64,000 nucleotides of DNA from Cycas panzhihuaensis (GCA_023213395.1 CM041465.1:155751741-155815740); one strand, 5' to 3'. Positions 11,825 through 24,799 are shown, counted from the stretch's first letter. Notes: generated by a model not told the origin, from the letters alone. Numbers and translations: made by a program.

Positions 11825-14800
11825 GGGCCTTTCCCCCATAATCATATTGGTGGGCCAAATGACCTTATATTTCATTAGTAACTTTAATAGTCTGTATACA
11901 AAAGTTAATGACTAACACTTAACCTCCTAGTGTCTTAACTATAAGTGTTAGTACCATAGTTCCCCTAGCCATATGTAGTCATGTAACAAGTCCCCTCCCT
12001 AAGATGTTGAGTCCCCAAAGCAAAGGATATATAGATGCTACTTGATAAAGTCTATTGATTCTTAAGTCATCTTATTTTATTCATATTTGGCCCACTATGC
12101 CAAATACTCAATAGTTGTCCTATTCTAGAGACAATATTATTTATTAGCTAAGATACATTTAAGAGGAGTAAGGAGAATTTATTCCTTTTTATGATGGATA
12201 GAATTGTTTGTAGGGTCGAGCCCTTACTAAGATATTTTTTTGATGCAAAAAACATGGAAGACATTATGGATCTTAGTATTAGGTAGGAGTTCTAAAGCAT
12301 AGGTCACTTCACCAATATGTTAGAGGACTTTATAAGATCCATAATAATGAGGACTGAACTTTTGATTCCTATGATATTTGAGTGACTATTGTTTATATGG
12401 TTGAAGATGTAGGAATACAAGATCATCAATTTTAAAAGACTGATTTGAATGGTGGTGTTCTATTAATTCTTTCATTCAATTCTAAGTTGCAACTAGGTTT
12501 TATTTTAGGGTGTTTAGAATTTGGTCCATATATTATAGTTATTATTTTACTATCATAATATGAAGGTTGGTGGCTAGTATATAGTGGGATATTGGTGTGT
12601 ACCCATAAAGAGCTATGAATGGTGGCATCCATATGGTTACATGGTTAAAGGGATTATACCATTATTCTATCAAGGCTATCCATGATGACCATCTAGTTTA
12701 GTTCTCAAAAGCATAATGTAAATAAGTTTCTAGTATTTTATTAAGAACTTCTAATTAGTCATCTATTTAGGGGTGGTAGGCTGAACTCATATTGAATGAA
12801 GTACCTAAAGTCCAAAAGAGTTCCTACTAAAAGGAGCTAGTAAATTTTGGATCTTGGTCATATATTATGGTTAATGGAAAGCTATATAAATAAAATATTA
12901 TTTGTATATAAAGGTTTGTAATGCAATATGCTTTATATGAAGTATGGACTGGCAAAATGTGTGCATATTTGGTTAGGCAATCAATGACTATGATAGAGGA
13001 AGACCCTTAATAAAGTCAATGGAAATATTTTACCATTTCCCTTAAAGAATATGTAGTGGTTGTAGTAGACCTAATTGGGTTTTGGTATCAGTTTTATTAC
13101 ATTGACATATATCACATTCAAAAATAAATGTTAGAATAAATGTTTTTATATGTAACTAGAAGAAGTTAGAATAAATCCATCGATAAGTTTTATCAAACCC
13201 AAAATAACATCCTAATAAGGTAGAATGGTATTCTACTAAAATTTAAAGGATAAATTTAGAAGTTGGGTGGATGGATATATGATTCTTATATAGAAGGAGG
13301 TTGTTTTAAATGGATCTTTTTTAATTGAGAGCTTTGTTGTCCCATTTATCATAATTTGATTGGGATTGGTTTTCTTGAACCAAGTCTTGTGCCTATATGG
13401 GATGTGGAGTAGAGATGGCATAAATAGAAGATTCGAGGGAAAGAGAGGTGAGTCAATAGGAAGATGAGAAAGAGCATCTGCTACTACATTATCTTAGCCT
13501 TTCTTATAAGTGATTATGAAATCAAAAACTTAGAGGTACTCCATCTATTTAGCCTATTCCTTGGAAAGAACCAGTTGATCTAATAAGAAATGAAGGTTAT
13601 GGTGATCTATGAAGATATTGAACTTTGATCTAAGGATATATTTGCATCATTTCTCAATGGCATAGAGAATAGCCATTTCCATTTAGTAGGTGGATAACCT
13701 ACGCTCATGGTCCTTAAGTTTTTGATTTTTAAAATTAATGGGATGTAAGTTTTGCATAAGAACCACATCCAAGCCAAAGCTTGATGCATTGTATTCCAAT
13801 TAGAATAGTTGAGAGAAGTCTAAAGAGGCGAACACTAAAGTAGAGGACATAACTTCTTTAACGTGGGTAATGCCATCATGAGCCGTAAGTGACCATTGAA
13901 AAGAATCTTTCCAAAGTAGATTGCTTAATGATATGGCCAAGGTTACATAATTCCAAACAAACTACTTATAAAATTTAGTGAGGCCTAAGAAAACACATAA
14001 TTAGATAAGGTTTTTTGGGATTGGCCAATTTATAATAACCATCATCTTATTAGGATCAACCCAAATATCTTTTGTAAAGATAATGTGGCCAAGGTATTGG
14101 AGTTTAAATTTGCTAAATTCACACTTGGAGAGCTTAGCATATAATTAGTGGTTAGCCAATTTTTTAGGAATATCTTTAAGTGGCAGATGTAAGTAGTCAT
14201 GTTAGTGTTATAGATGAAGATGTCATTAAAGAAAATAATAATGAATTTATTAAGGTAAGGAGCAAATATCTTATTCATGAGGAATTGAAATATGGCCAAG
14301 ATATCACATAAGCCAAAAGGCATGACATGAAATTCAAAGTGGATGTGGTGAGTATGGAAGGTGGTATTATGATGATGTTCTAGTGCAATTGGGATTTGGT
14401 AATATCCAGATTAGGGATCTAGCCTAGTAAAGACCGTGGCACCATGGATCTTTTTAGCATGTCATTGATCTTAGGGCTAAGGAACTTATTTTTTATATTT
14501 ATTTTATTTAGTTCCTCATAATCGACATATAGCTTAAGTGAACCATCCTTTATTCAAACCAACATAATAAGAGCAACATATGGGCTTTTTCTAGGTTGAA
14601 TTATCCCCATTTCCATTAGCTCATTAGTAAACTTTCTAATCTCATTCTTTTAAATGTATGAGTTTCTATAAAGATAGAGATTGATTAGGTCATGGGGATT
14701 TTTTAACTTAATAGTATAGTAATGCTCATGATTGGGTCGAGGTCAGCCAATAAGAAGGCAAAAATGGCTTGACATTTATTTATGATGAGTTGGATATTAG

Positions 14801-15298
14801 GTTGAATATGTGTTGGGGCTTTGGATGTTGTTGATACATACAATATAACTTACTTGGCTACTTAATTATTTCCTCATTTGATTTGGAAAAATTAGTTTAT
14901 TAGGAGGGGGTTATATTCCATGGAGTTTATGGGTTTATTCCATCTAGTCTTTAAATGAGATGAATGGGTTAGTGGGGGAGTTATTTGTGTTATATGTTCT
15001 TAAAGTTTAGAGCCATTTAACTTAAAGAATAGTATTTGATCGTCCAATAGAGAAAGCATTAAAATAAGTTGTTAACCTATAAGTTCCAATTTAGATAGGA
15101 AGGTTCTTGATTGTTCCAACACAATGGAGTTTATAATGACTAGGTAAAGAACATGTAAATTTGGTTTTAGAGATAATATATATGTTTAATTGCCTAGATA
15201 AGGAGATATTGATGAAGTTAATAATGCACCACCATCAATCAAACTAGTAATTAGTGTTTTCTTAAGTGTTCTATGATATGTAATAGTTTAGGAAAGAA
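11825..15298 (-). mobile_element. Chromovirus Ty3/Gypsy, 3' part (PR-RT-RH-INT-chromodomain, PPT, partial 3' LTR), decayed
   Basis: Protease LIDGGA (~15225-15245); RT MPFGLC..FQFLMNKIFAPYLNKFIIIFFNDIFIY (14042-14323); chromodomain TIEYLA*WAKY (~12085-12118). PPT reverse complement AGTCCCCTCCCT at 11989-12000 abuts the LTR edge TGTAACA at 11988. Confidence 0.85.
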
Positions 15299-15904
15299 TG
15301 TGACTTGCCGTTATAGCAAAAGCCTACAAGTGATTTAGGAAGAGGACTCATCGACAAGTGAACCAGCCATAGTCCAACACACCCCCGTGATGAGGAGGCC
15401 ACCATAGCACGTATCGTCTGTGTTATAATTCCACCTGAATCAGGGGTGCATGGGAACCCCATTGGGGAAAGGGGCCTTGTCCGGCATATGCACGGGATTT
15501 GAACCTTGAACCTGGGCTCTAATACCACTTGTGACTTGTCATTACACCAAAAGCCCACATGGGAACCCCATCGGCGAAAGGGGCCTTGTCCGGCATATGT
15601 GCGGGATTTGAACCTTGAACCTGGGCTCTGATACCACTTGTGACTTGTCGTTTTGGTGTAACGACAAGTCACAAGTGGTATCAGAGCCCAGGTTCAAGGT
15701 TCAAATCCTGCGCATATGCCGAACAAGGCCCCTTTCCCCGATAGGGTTCCCATGCACCCCCAATTCAGGTGGAATTGTAACACATGCGATACATACTATA
15801 GCGGCCTCCTCGTCACGGGGGTGTGTTGGACTATAGCTGGTTCACTTGCCGAAGAGTCCTCTTTCCAAATCACCCGTAGGTTTTTGGTATAACGACAAGT
15901 CACA
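15299..15904. mobile_element. Head-to-head inverted dimer of a very small TRIM (LTR ~81 bp, internal ~150 bp)
   Basis: Plus copy: LTR end CA at 15673, primer-binding site (PBS) TGGTATCAGAGCC 15676-15688, G-rich PPT ~15817-15823, LTR TG..CA 15824-15904. Minus copy: LTR 15299-15379, PBS 15516-15527, plus an extra partial PBS unit at 15558-15652. No recognisable protein homology. Confidence 0.85.
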
Positions 15905-18264
15905 AGACCATAGATAGGCAGGTACATTTTTGTATATTAACATAGCATGAGCCATATTCATGATTGTCCTGTTCATGCACTCAACAGCTCCATTTTGTTG
16001 TGGGGTACTTGCTATTACTGTTTGATACTTGATGCCATTGTCTTGAAGGTAGCTTTCAAACTCATGTGAGGTATATTCACCACCATTATCAGCTCAAAGA
16101 CATTTGAGTTGATAACCTAACTCCTTTTCAGTGAGGGCTTTGAATTCCTTGAATATATGAAATGCTTCATCTTTCTTATGTAGAAAAGCTACCCATACTT
16201 TTTTAGTGAAATCATCAATGAAAGAGATGTAATATAACTTGCCCTTTAGTGAAGGAATGGCCATTCGCCCGCATAAATCAGAGTGTAATAATTATAATGG
16301 ATGGCTCGATTTCCACTGACTTTTGGGAAAGGGTTATCGATGAGATTTGGCAATGATACAAGCTTCGCATTTAAAGGGCTTAGAGGAATACTTTGGAAGG
16401 TTTGGAAGAGTGTTAGAAAGATCTCTAAGTCTATTAATGTAAACATGGCCCACGCGAGCATGCCAAAGAGCTTCTAGTGATAATGTTGGATGGGTTAAGA
16501 TGGAATTAAATGCAAATTCTTCATCGACATAAGGGCTTTGGGCACAATAGGCTTCAGAAGATGGAGAGTCATTCAGTCGAAAGAGTTTGCCAGAGAGATG
16601 TCTAGTCAAAACCACCTGATTAGTTGGAGGGTGAATGACATGAAGAGTCTAGTCATTTACAGTTACACTCAGATCAAATCTATGAGAGACAAGTATGGAT
16701 AAGGAGAGTAGGTTTTGTTTGAGATTGGGTATGTATAAGACATCAAACAATGTAAAATCTTCTAAGCCTAGGAGTTTCAGGTGAATGTTACCAATTCCTT
16801 CAATAGGTTGTTGTGATTTATCAGCTATGTGAACAACTCCTTGAACATTTGAGTCAAATATTTGATATAGATTGCGATTGTACATTATATGTTGAGTTGC
16901 TCCTATGTCCACGATCTACTATCCATCGATTGAAGCCATAATATTGGCAATTCCAATAGGGCTTAGCATTGGTGAAGGGAATTCACAAGTGATATATCTA
17001 CATCGAGCTTCAAAGTATCTCTTCGATTGGTCAATGGCATTTAATGCTGAAGATCCCTCAATTCTTTGAATGTATGCTTGTACAAAACCTGCACCACTAA
17101 AGGATTCTTCACAAGTTTCTTCCACATTGTGAGCTCCATGTTTTGGTTGGAACTTGGCCAACTTATAAGTCGCACTTCTACAATTTTTTGCTAAGTGTCC
17201 TTTACAGTTACACCGATCACATATAATAGTTTGATTACTAGTCCCTGAAGAGGTACTAGTTTGGCCTGACTATCTTGCTCTTTGTTGAGGTGGCCCTCAG
17301 CTTTGAGACTATTGAGGTTGTGATTGAGGGTTTGATTGACCTTATGGATGATTTTCCATATTTCTTCCTCTTCCTGTTGCTCAGTTATTTTCTCTTCCAT
17401 GAGAGGAACCTTGATTTTTTGTGTAGCAAACTTCTTCTTCTACCTCAAAGGCTACATCTGGAAGAGAGTCAGAGACTACAAAGTTTGTATCAAAGGTCTT
17501 GTCAAATTCTATGAACTTCTCAGTAAATGCTTCAAAGTTGAGTGTCTTCAATGTTCCACTAGATTGGAGACTTCCAAGCAACTTTTAATAATCGGGCACA
17601 TGTAAACATAACTGGATCAAAAATACCCAAGTGATGTATTGGGTCTTAAAGTCTTTATTAATTACCTGTTTAATTGATCGAAGGAGATTTATTGTCTCAT
17701 GAGCTCTTCCCTTCTACATTTTTTATTTGTTCATTTTCAAAACAAGATGAACAAATTCTAAATCTAACTTTGTATCAAAGTTCTTTTTGAGAACTTCTAG
17801 GACCTTCTAGGCTGTATCATGTTGCTCTTTGTTTATTAAGTTATGCAAGGAGTGATTAATGACCAACAAAATTTCTGCACGAATCTTTTCATCATCTATC
17901 TCCTATTGTAGTTTAGTTGCAGCATCTGTAGAAGTTGTTGGGGCGGATCCACTAGAAGCAGTTGTTGTAGTTGTTACTGGTATGCTAGGTGTAGGCTATA
18001 AGTGGGCTCTCCAAAGGCCTTCATACTTTACAGTATTTTTAATTCCAGTGTACCATAAATCCCAATTTTCTTTGCCTTTCAATATGCAGTTAACATTTTG
18101 CTTGAGTTGAGATGACATGGTAATGATGAAGAAGTAGAAGAGATAATAGAAGTATATGCCACTGACACATGTGTCTAGTACACCTGGCGTAGTAGGGATG
18201 TAGAAATAATTGTTATGATGAGAAGCAAGTAATGATTAAGCATTTTTTAACAATTATATTAAAA

Positions 18265-18313
<49 letters not shown>

Positions 18314-20396
18314 CAATGATGTAAGAATAAGGCCTAATGCAGAGCTGGAAAAGAGTGGCGATGATTCATGCCACTAAGCTCTCATTTATGTTCAAATGTA
18401 GGTGAGGTTTCAATGCCTAAGGCTTCTAGTATACGATTAGGGCCTTCACCCATGATACCCACACCTGCGCTTGGTGATGAAATCCAAGTCACAATAGAGC
18501 CCAGGTACTCCTAGTCCTCACCTAGTTCACCAATGAGCAGCTATATACCTCCTATGAAGAGTCAAATAGTACTGTGTATCCTACGGCTATAATAAATATT
18601 GGACCAAATTAATTTTAATCTTGCATTGAGGTTTTCAGTTTTCTTGGGTGGTTATCAAGATTATCCCTGATTGGAGGCCATAGGTATGGCTAACCTGTCC
18701 CTCCACCATTATTCTGGTTAAGACTAAACCTAGTATGAAACTCACACCTCCCTTATAGCTTGGACTTTGACTAACCTTGGTCTATTTCAACCAAGGCGAG
18801 TGTGTGCTTAAGTCAAGAACTACCGGTATAGATCATACGGATGAGATTCCTTTTAGGAATAGTGTAAGATGTTTCTGTATAACTAAAAACTGAAATGAAA
18901 AGTTGCCAAATGAGCTTGCTTACTTTTCGTGCTTACCTTGTTGTTGTTGCTACTTTTCTGATGCTTTATGCTATGCGTGAAAATAGAAAAAACGTGCTAG
19001 ATTTAGCAGGGAAACTAGATGTTGCTTCTAATCCAAGGTTTCCCTTACTTTAGTACAATGTTTCCAAATATGATTTTAGCAATTTTGATACAAAATCCAT
19101 AATTGGCTAAAATGTGAATCAACTTACCACTAAAATGCAAATTTTTCTAAAACTATATGCATGTTATTTTGCCCTATTTTATGATTTTTTTCATAAAATT
19201 TATAAATAATGATAAATATGAAGGCCTAAATGATGAAATCTGAATTTATGACAGAAAGAAAAAGTTCTCAAAATATCATTTATGATAAGGTTGTGAAGTC
19301 AGATTTTTGAAAAGGTATAAAAAATTTTCTACCTAAAAAAGCACTAAAGTAAAATCCTTCCATATCAATTATCTCATAACCTGAACTTCAATATATTAAA
19401 AGTTATATTTTGATACGTACATTAACTTTTCCTTCTGAACCATCTGTAAAATCTACCAAAAAATCACCAAAAATGCCCTTGCAATGTCCTTTGTGGGGTT
19501 AAGTAAGCAAAATCAGCAACCGTGAGAAAACTGCATAGATCTCACTAACCAATAGATGAAATTTAATGATATTTATCTTAAACTAATCCTAAGACATAAA
19601 TCTACCATATACCTTAATAAAACTTTCAGATTTTTAGCTTATAATCAAAGGATTTCATTGGGAAAGTGCTTTAAATCACTTATCCACAAATTTTACACTT
19701 TTGTGAGAGCTAAAACTCATTGTTGTAGGTTAAATCTGAAGTTTCTATAAATAAAAAAATGATCCTCTAGTCAAGGTGACCTTGTATGCCAAATTTCATT
19801 AAAATCTGAGATGTTCAAATTTTTTTATAAAATGTTAAGCCTTTAATGCTTCCAGGATTGTTCCGACAATTGAATGGCTTCAAAAACATGTATTCTTCAC
19901 CTATGAATTTTTGCACACATAGATAAATCAACAACATACAAAATACTATAATTTTAATCTCTCAAGATGTTAAAAAATAATGAATGCACTCTTAATACTT
20001 CACATTGAAGGTGAAGGAGAGGCAAAAATGACTCCATGCAAGTGGAATGGAGTGAATAGACCCCCTTCTAGCTCTGATACCACATGAAGGAAGGATGGAA
20101 CTAGGAGATAAATCACTCATATACACACAATGGCAATGGAGAATGAAAAAGAAGATGAAACAAGATATGAGAACAAACTTGGAGGTGAGAATGAATAATG
20201 ACTCCCTCCTTGAGATTTTACCTTTTATTATTGAGGGTGAGCATTAGGGTTAGGATTTTCTCACCTAATGACATGAACCCAAAATTATATCTAAATGCAT
20301 ATAAAGTGCATCTTATTAAGAGACTAATACTAACAATATATCCTAAGGTCACATAATTAATCTATACAAATGACCTTGATACATTAACTTCTTTCA
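15905..20396 (-). mobile_element. Ty1/Copia element, 3'-truncated within integrase (5' LTR 20085-20396, PBS 20071-20082, gag ATG ~18118)
   Basis: LTR TGAAGGAAG..CTTCTTTCA and PBS reverse complement GCTCTGATACCA. Gag MSSQLKQNVNCILKGKENWDLW; CCHC CDRCNCKGHLAKNC; protease DIGATQHI; LWHARVGH; integrase FIDDFTKKVWV, DNGGEY, TPQQNG. Confidence 0.9.
18268..18311. repeat. (ATAC)n/(AT)n microsatellite in the Copia leader
   Basis: Directly visible. Confidence 0.9.
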
Positions 20397-21312
20397 AAGA
20401 ATAGGAAGCTATTGTACATAAGGAGATTTCAAGTTCTAATGTTGAGGGTGGATCTAAAATGGGTTCTTTATCCAACTTTAGCTCAAAGTTAGAGTCATCA
20501 TCTAAGGATAGGCTAGGATCTATTATGAACATTATATTCTTAGCTTTGCAAACTCTATGATGTTTGGGCATCTACATTTTTTAGTATTGGACACAAAGGT
20601 CAGTTGCGATGCATCGATGTGCCTCTATAGGTGGGACTTGAATTGGCTTATTAATGGGTTTTCTTAGAAGTCATTTTATTGTAAGTCCTTGAGAGTCAAT
20701 TTTTTTAGGCCATTAACGAAGAAAGTTAACTTGTTGCAAATGCTAGAGCCATGTAGGGTCTCATCAAAGAGAAGATGTTCTTTTAGCTATGAATTCTACC
20801 TCAACTACTTTAGCCCTTCGTATTACTTCTTTAAAAGCTAAGATTTCCATAGTTCTTAGGCATATTTAGATATGATCTTTTAAGCTTGCAATATATATCT
20901 CTATTCAAGTTTGTTTGTTTAAACTTTAGGTGATATAATTTTGTAAGGATTGAAACTCATTTGTATAAGCTTCAACAAAGGACACATGCTTCAGTCTTGT
21001 AAGTTGATTGAAGAAGGAGTGGTACTACATTTTGTTATACTAATTAAAAAAACATGAGATGAAGTTTGACCATGTTGTATTATTCAGGTTTTCCTTGTAC
21101 CAATAACGATACCAGTGATAAGCTCAATCTTTTATATGAATGGGTATGAATGTCAGTTATTCATCTTTAAGTATTAGATTAAGGGAGAAGTAGAATCCAA
21201 GTTTGCTTGTCGATATATGAGTTGTATCTCTGTTTAGATCTAGATCAAAAGTAAGAATATTGATCTTATAATGAAGTTATAACTAACACAGAGGAGAGCC
21301 ACTCTAATGCTA
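20397..21312 (-). mobile_element. 5' part (gag) of the chromovirus interrupted at 15298
   Basis: LEISLCTIASYS (20362-20571 ORF) is the pre-protease motif that continues at 15298. Gag-like IHIKD*AYHWYRYW at ~21095-21150. Degenerate PBS reverse complement ACTCTAATGCTA at 21301-21312, followed by TG. Confidence 0.75.
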
Positions 21313-23021
21313 TGTTAGAGGAGTATTGCCTAATGACTAAGAGTTAGATTGAGATGATTGTGTGGTTAACTAATCTATTTGGTTAATTAGTATTGTGAGA
21401 TCTGATTTAGATACAAGAGACGATATATTCGCTTTAACTTCTTTCTGAAAATCCAAAAACTAAGTTTCCAATAAAGTGTTGCTTTATGCTTGAGATGAAG
21501 GAGCCATCATATAGAAAGATGGGAGTAAAGGAAGTGAGACATAAGTAAGAAAAAGGGAATATAAGAAAATAGAATGAGTAAGATAGAATGAGATGTACCG
21601 AAGTGGGGTTAAATAGATAAAATAATTTAAAGAAATAGGATTTATATTTAGGGGAAGAGAAGGGGAAAGGATGAGGGATTAGGGTGTTTATAGCTTGATA
21701 ATCCTAAAAAACAAGTAAAAGAATCACCTATTGAATTGGAACAAGTGTAAAAAGCTCATCACAATGGTATAAGTGAGATGAAAGTAAAAAAAAAAATTAC
21801 AATAAGACCTAAAGGTACTATATAGATGATTTTTGCCAAAAATTGTTATTAAAAGTCACCTAGTGTAAACTAATTAGCATGATGTATTGATTAAAATAAG
21901 ATGTATGAATTAACAAGGTGAAATTTTTATCATGGAAGACTCTATTTTTTTGGTCACAAGTCTAATGGTATAGGATTAGTTACAAATAGAGAAGTATTCA
22001 CTCCCTCCCCCCACCCCCCACCCCCCTCAACTCTCAATTTTTTTAAAAGAGGATTAAGAACAAGGGATGGACTCAATAGATACTAAATTTAAATAATTTT
22101 GTTAAAGGTTTAGATATGAATAAGCGAAGTTATTATGCTTTGTTGATATCTTTATATTACTATTTATTGTGTTATTAATGTTTAAAAGATATAACTACTA
22201 TAGAGTTAAATTGTGTGTCTTCAAATATGCAGTAATATTCTTAGGGGCTTATGCTAAGAGTTATAACAGTATCATTAATAAATGATTTTGTTTGTAGAGA
22301 TGTAATAGTGTGGATGATTGCATGATAGATATCTTTATTAGGGAAGCAATAGAGAAGATCAGGAGGAGTCTACTAGACATTTGACAAAGGAGTTTTTAGT
22401 TTTATAGGCCTTACGATAAACTTTCCTATTATTATTATAGTTCAACCTAATATCTCAAAGCACTACCTACAAAGAAATATACATCCCCATAAGGTTTACA
22501 ACCATATAGGGGTATTCAAGTAAGGCAATTTTTGGGCGATAACTGCTAACCTGTGCATCTCAAAAGGACAAATAATTGATCATTTTCCTATTATAAGTTA
22601 GAAGGAGAAAACCAAAAGGGGTCCTCTTATATACCCAAGGGTACATGAACACACTCATCTATAGTTGAGTTATGTTTAAAGCTTGTGTAAGCATCATTAT
22701 ACTGCTTTGCATCATATATAGATTTATGGCCACATACACTTAGCTCAGAATGAAAGATCCTTATGATGTTTATAGACCCAAGACACAAGGTTTCTACTTA
22801 ATCACTAAGGGGAAGGGGTGGGATAGGCTGGGACTTTACTGCTTGCTTGGAGCATTACAGACTTAGCAAAACTTGAGCATATATTATTCTGAATAGAAAT
22901 GAATAGAACTTATAGAGAAGGGTTACAATGATATACAAAGGGAAAAATATTTCCCTTTCTCCTTGGATTCCTTTGTGCTTATTGCTTCTATTAGATCTAG
23001 AAAACTGGCTTTGATACCACT

Positions 23022-23409
23022 TGGGATATGACTATCTCACTTTTGCTCATACAAAATGAATAAAGTAAAGAAAATTAGTAGGAAATGTAGTACTTTAATA
23101 TTAAAAGAATCCAAACACCACATTAAAGAATACCAAAGAGTACAAATGGATACTAAAGATAACTAAAAGAGTATATATCTCTTAAGAAAAAATGATTACA
23201 TAACATTATTCCTTTATAATTTGTTGCCCTTAAATAAATAAAAGAGGGCCTTTTCCTTATAATCCTATCAGTGGGCTAAATAGTCTTATATTTCATTAGT
23301 GGCTTTAACAACTTACATATAAATGTTAATGACTAACATTTAACCTTCAAGTGTCTTAACCATGAGTGTTAGTGCCATAGTTCCTTTAGCTATATGTGGT
23401 CATGTAATA
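23022..23409 (-). mobile_element. LTR with adjacent PBS (23009-23020), same family as the partial LTR at 11825-11988
   Basis: GCTTTGATACCA-CT-TG junction; 23246-23409 aligns visibly with 11825-11988. Confidence 0.75.
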
Positions 23410-23419
23410 AGTGTACACA

Positions 23420-24600
23420 TAGGCCATGAGATCCCTTTGACTTATTCAATGCACTATTAAACTTAAACTAATAAGACCAAAAACATAAATATTATGGGAT
23501 TGGTAAATATAGTTGAATACAAATGTAACAAATAAAGAAAACCTTCACAATGCCAAAAAAGTAGATGTGATCATACTAGTAAATGCAACTAGGCAGATGA
23601 GAACCTCATCAATATAGTTGGATAAATGGGAACCTTACAAATGACAATTAACTAGTGATTACAAATGTTTTTTAAAATAGATGATAACACAGAGACCTCA
23701 ACAAATGATTTCAATTATAAATGATAATAAGCACATCTATTAAATGATAATAAGGATGCTTATAAATGCTTACAAAGATTGAATAGTGAAATATAAATAT
23801 ACACACCATCGTAGAACATACCATACACATGGTTCAAATAAAGACTTGTATGCACACGATGAGCCAAAAGCAATTCACAAAAGACACCCACAAAGATTAA
23901 TGTAGATGAGTGTGAGTCACATAAAGTATATATAAGCCTAACCAAAATGCTAGATAAATAGAACCCTATACTGAAAGCTCAAACAAAGCAGATCATGGAT
24001 TACAACATAAGCTAACAAGTGGCTCTTATACCAAAAGTTTAAAATGACCCAACTAAACACATGCAATGCAAAAGCCTAAGGAGGACAATAAAAGATAAAT
24101 ATATAAGGGTAATAAGTTCGATGGATGGGTAGTGTTTATGAATATTAGGGTTATTAACCTTATAGAATAAATAGGTAGGACAATGAAGGCATTGGCATAC
24201 ACCTTAAGTCAACCACCAATAATACCGAGAGATTAGATTATGTATGAACTTGAGGTGGGTATTATCTTAAGAAGAAATTATGTAGCAACTATGATATATC
24301 ACATGATTATAAATAGAGCAAAATATCAATATAACAAACACCTATAATAAACAATGAAATATACATCAAGTAATCAAAATTGAGACACAACATTTATAGT
24401 GGTAAAACCTCATGATGAAGAAACATCCACTTGGAATACAAGCTCTTATTAATATAAACTAATATATAATAAAGCTCATAATTAGAGCACATTAGTTTCC
24501 ATAAGGAAGAACTAATTATCCATATATATGTCCATGAATATGTTTTGCCCTTTTATAAGAATGTGTCACCTCATTATGGACCAATAATTTAGCACTTGAC
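23420..24600 (-). mobile_element. Further LTR-element remnant (PBS-like site ~24022-24033, LTR-like motif ~24395-24430)
   Basis: GCTCTTATACCA, and the reverse complement of GTGGATGTTTC..GGTTTTACCAC. Boundaries unclear. Confidence 0.4.
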
Positions 24601-24799
24601 ATCCACTAATAAGATAACAACTGATGCATGGCTTCTAGCCATGACAACAACCACTACCATAACAATCATGACTTGTTATTCAATATATCAACCTGCATAC
24701 CACTACTTGAACAAGTACATTAAATACATATTATTCACTTATCGTAGTTGTAAGTTAAAGCATTGCATAGTATTTCTTGGCTACCGAGAATGGGCATGG

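Noticed and set aside
15271-15836. ORFs of 133 aa (-) and 73 aa (+) with near-identical peptides
   Set aside because: By-products of the inverted TRIM repeat; no protein family motifs.
15299-15904. Cassandra TRIM (5S-containing LTR) or a tRNA gene
   Set aside because: No 5S rRNA A/IE/C-box sequence in the LTR. The tRNA-like bases are a PBS plus a B-box-like motif without a cloverleaf.
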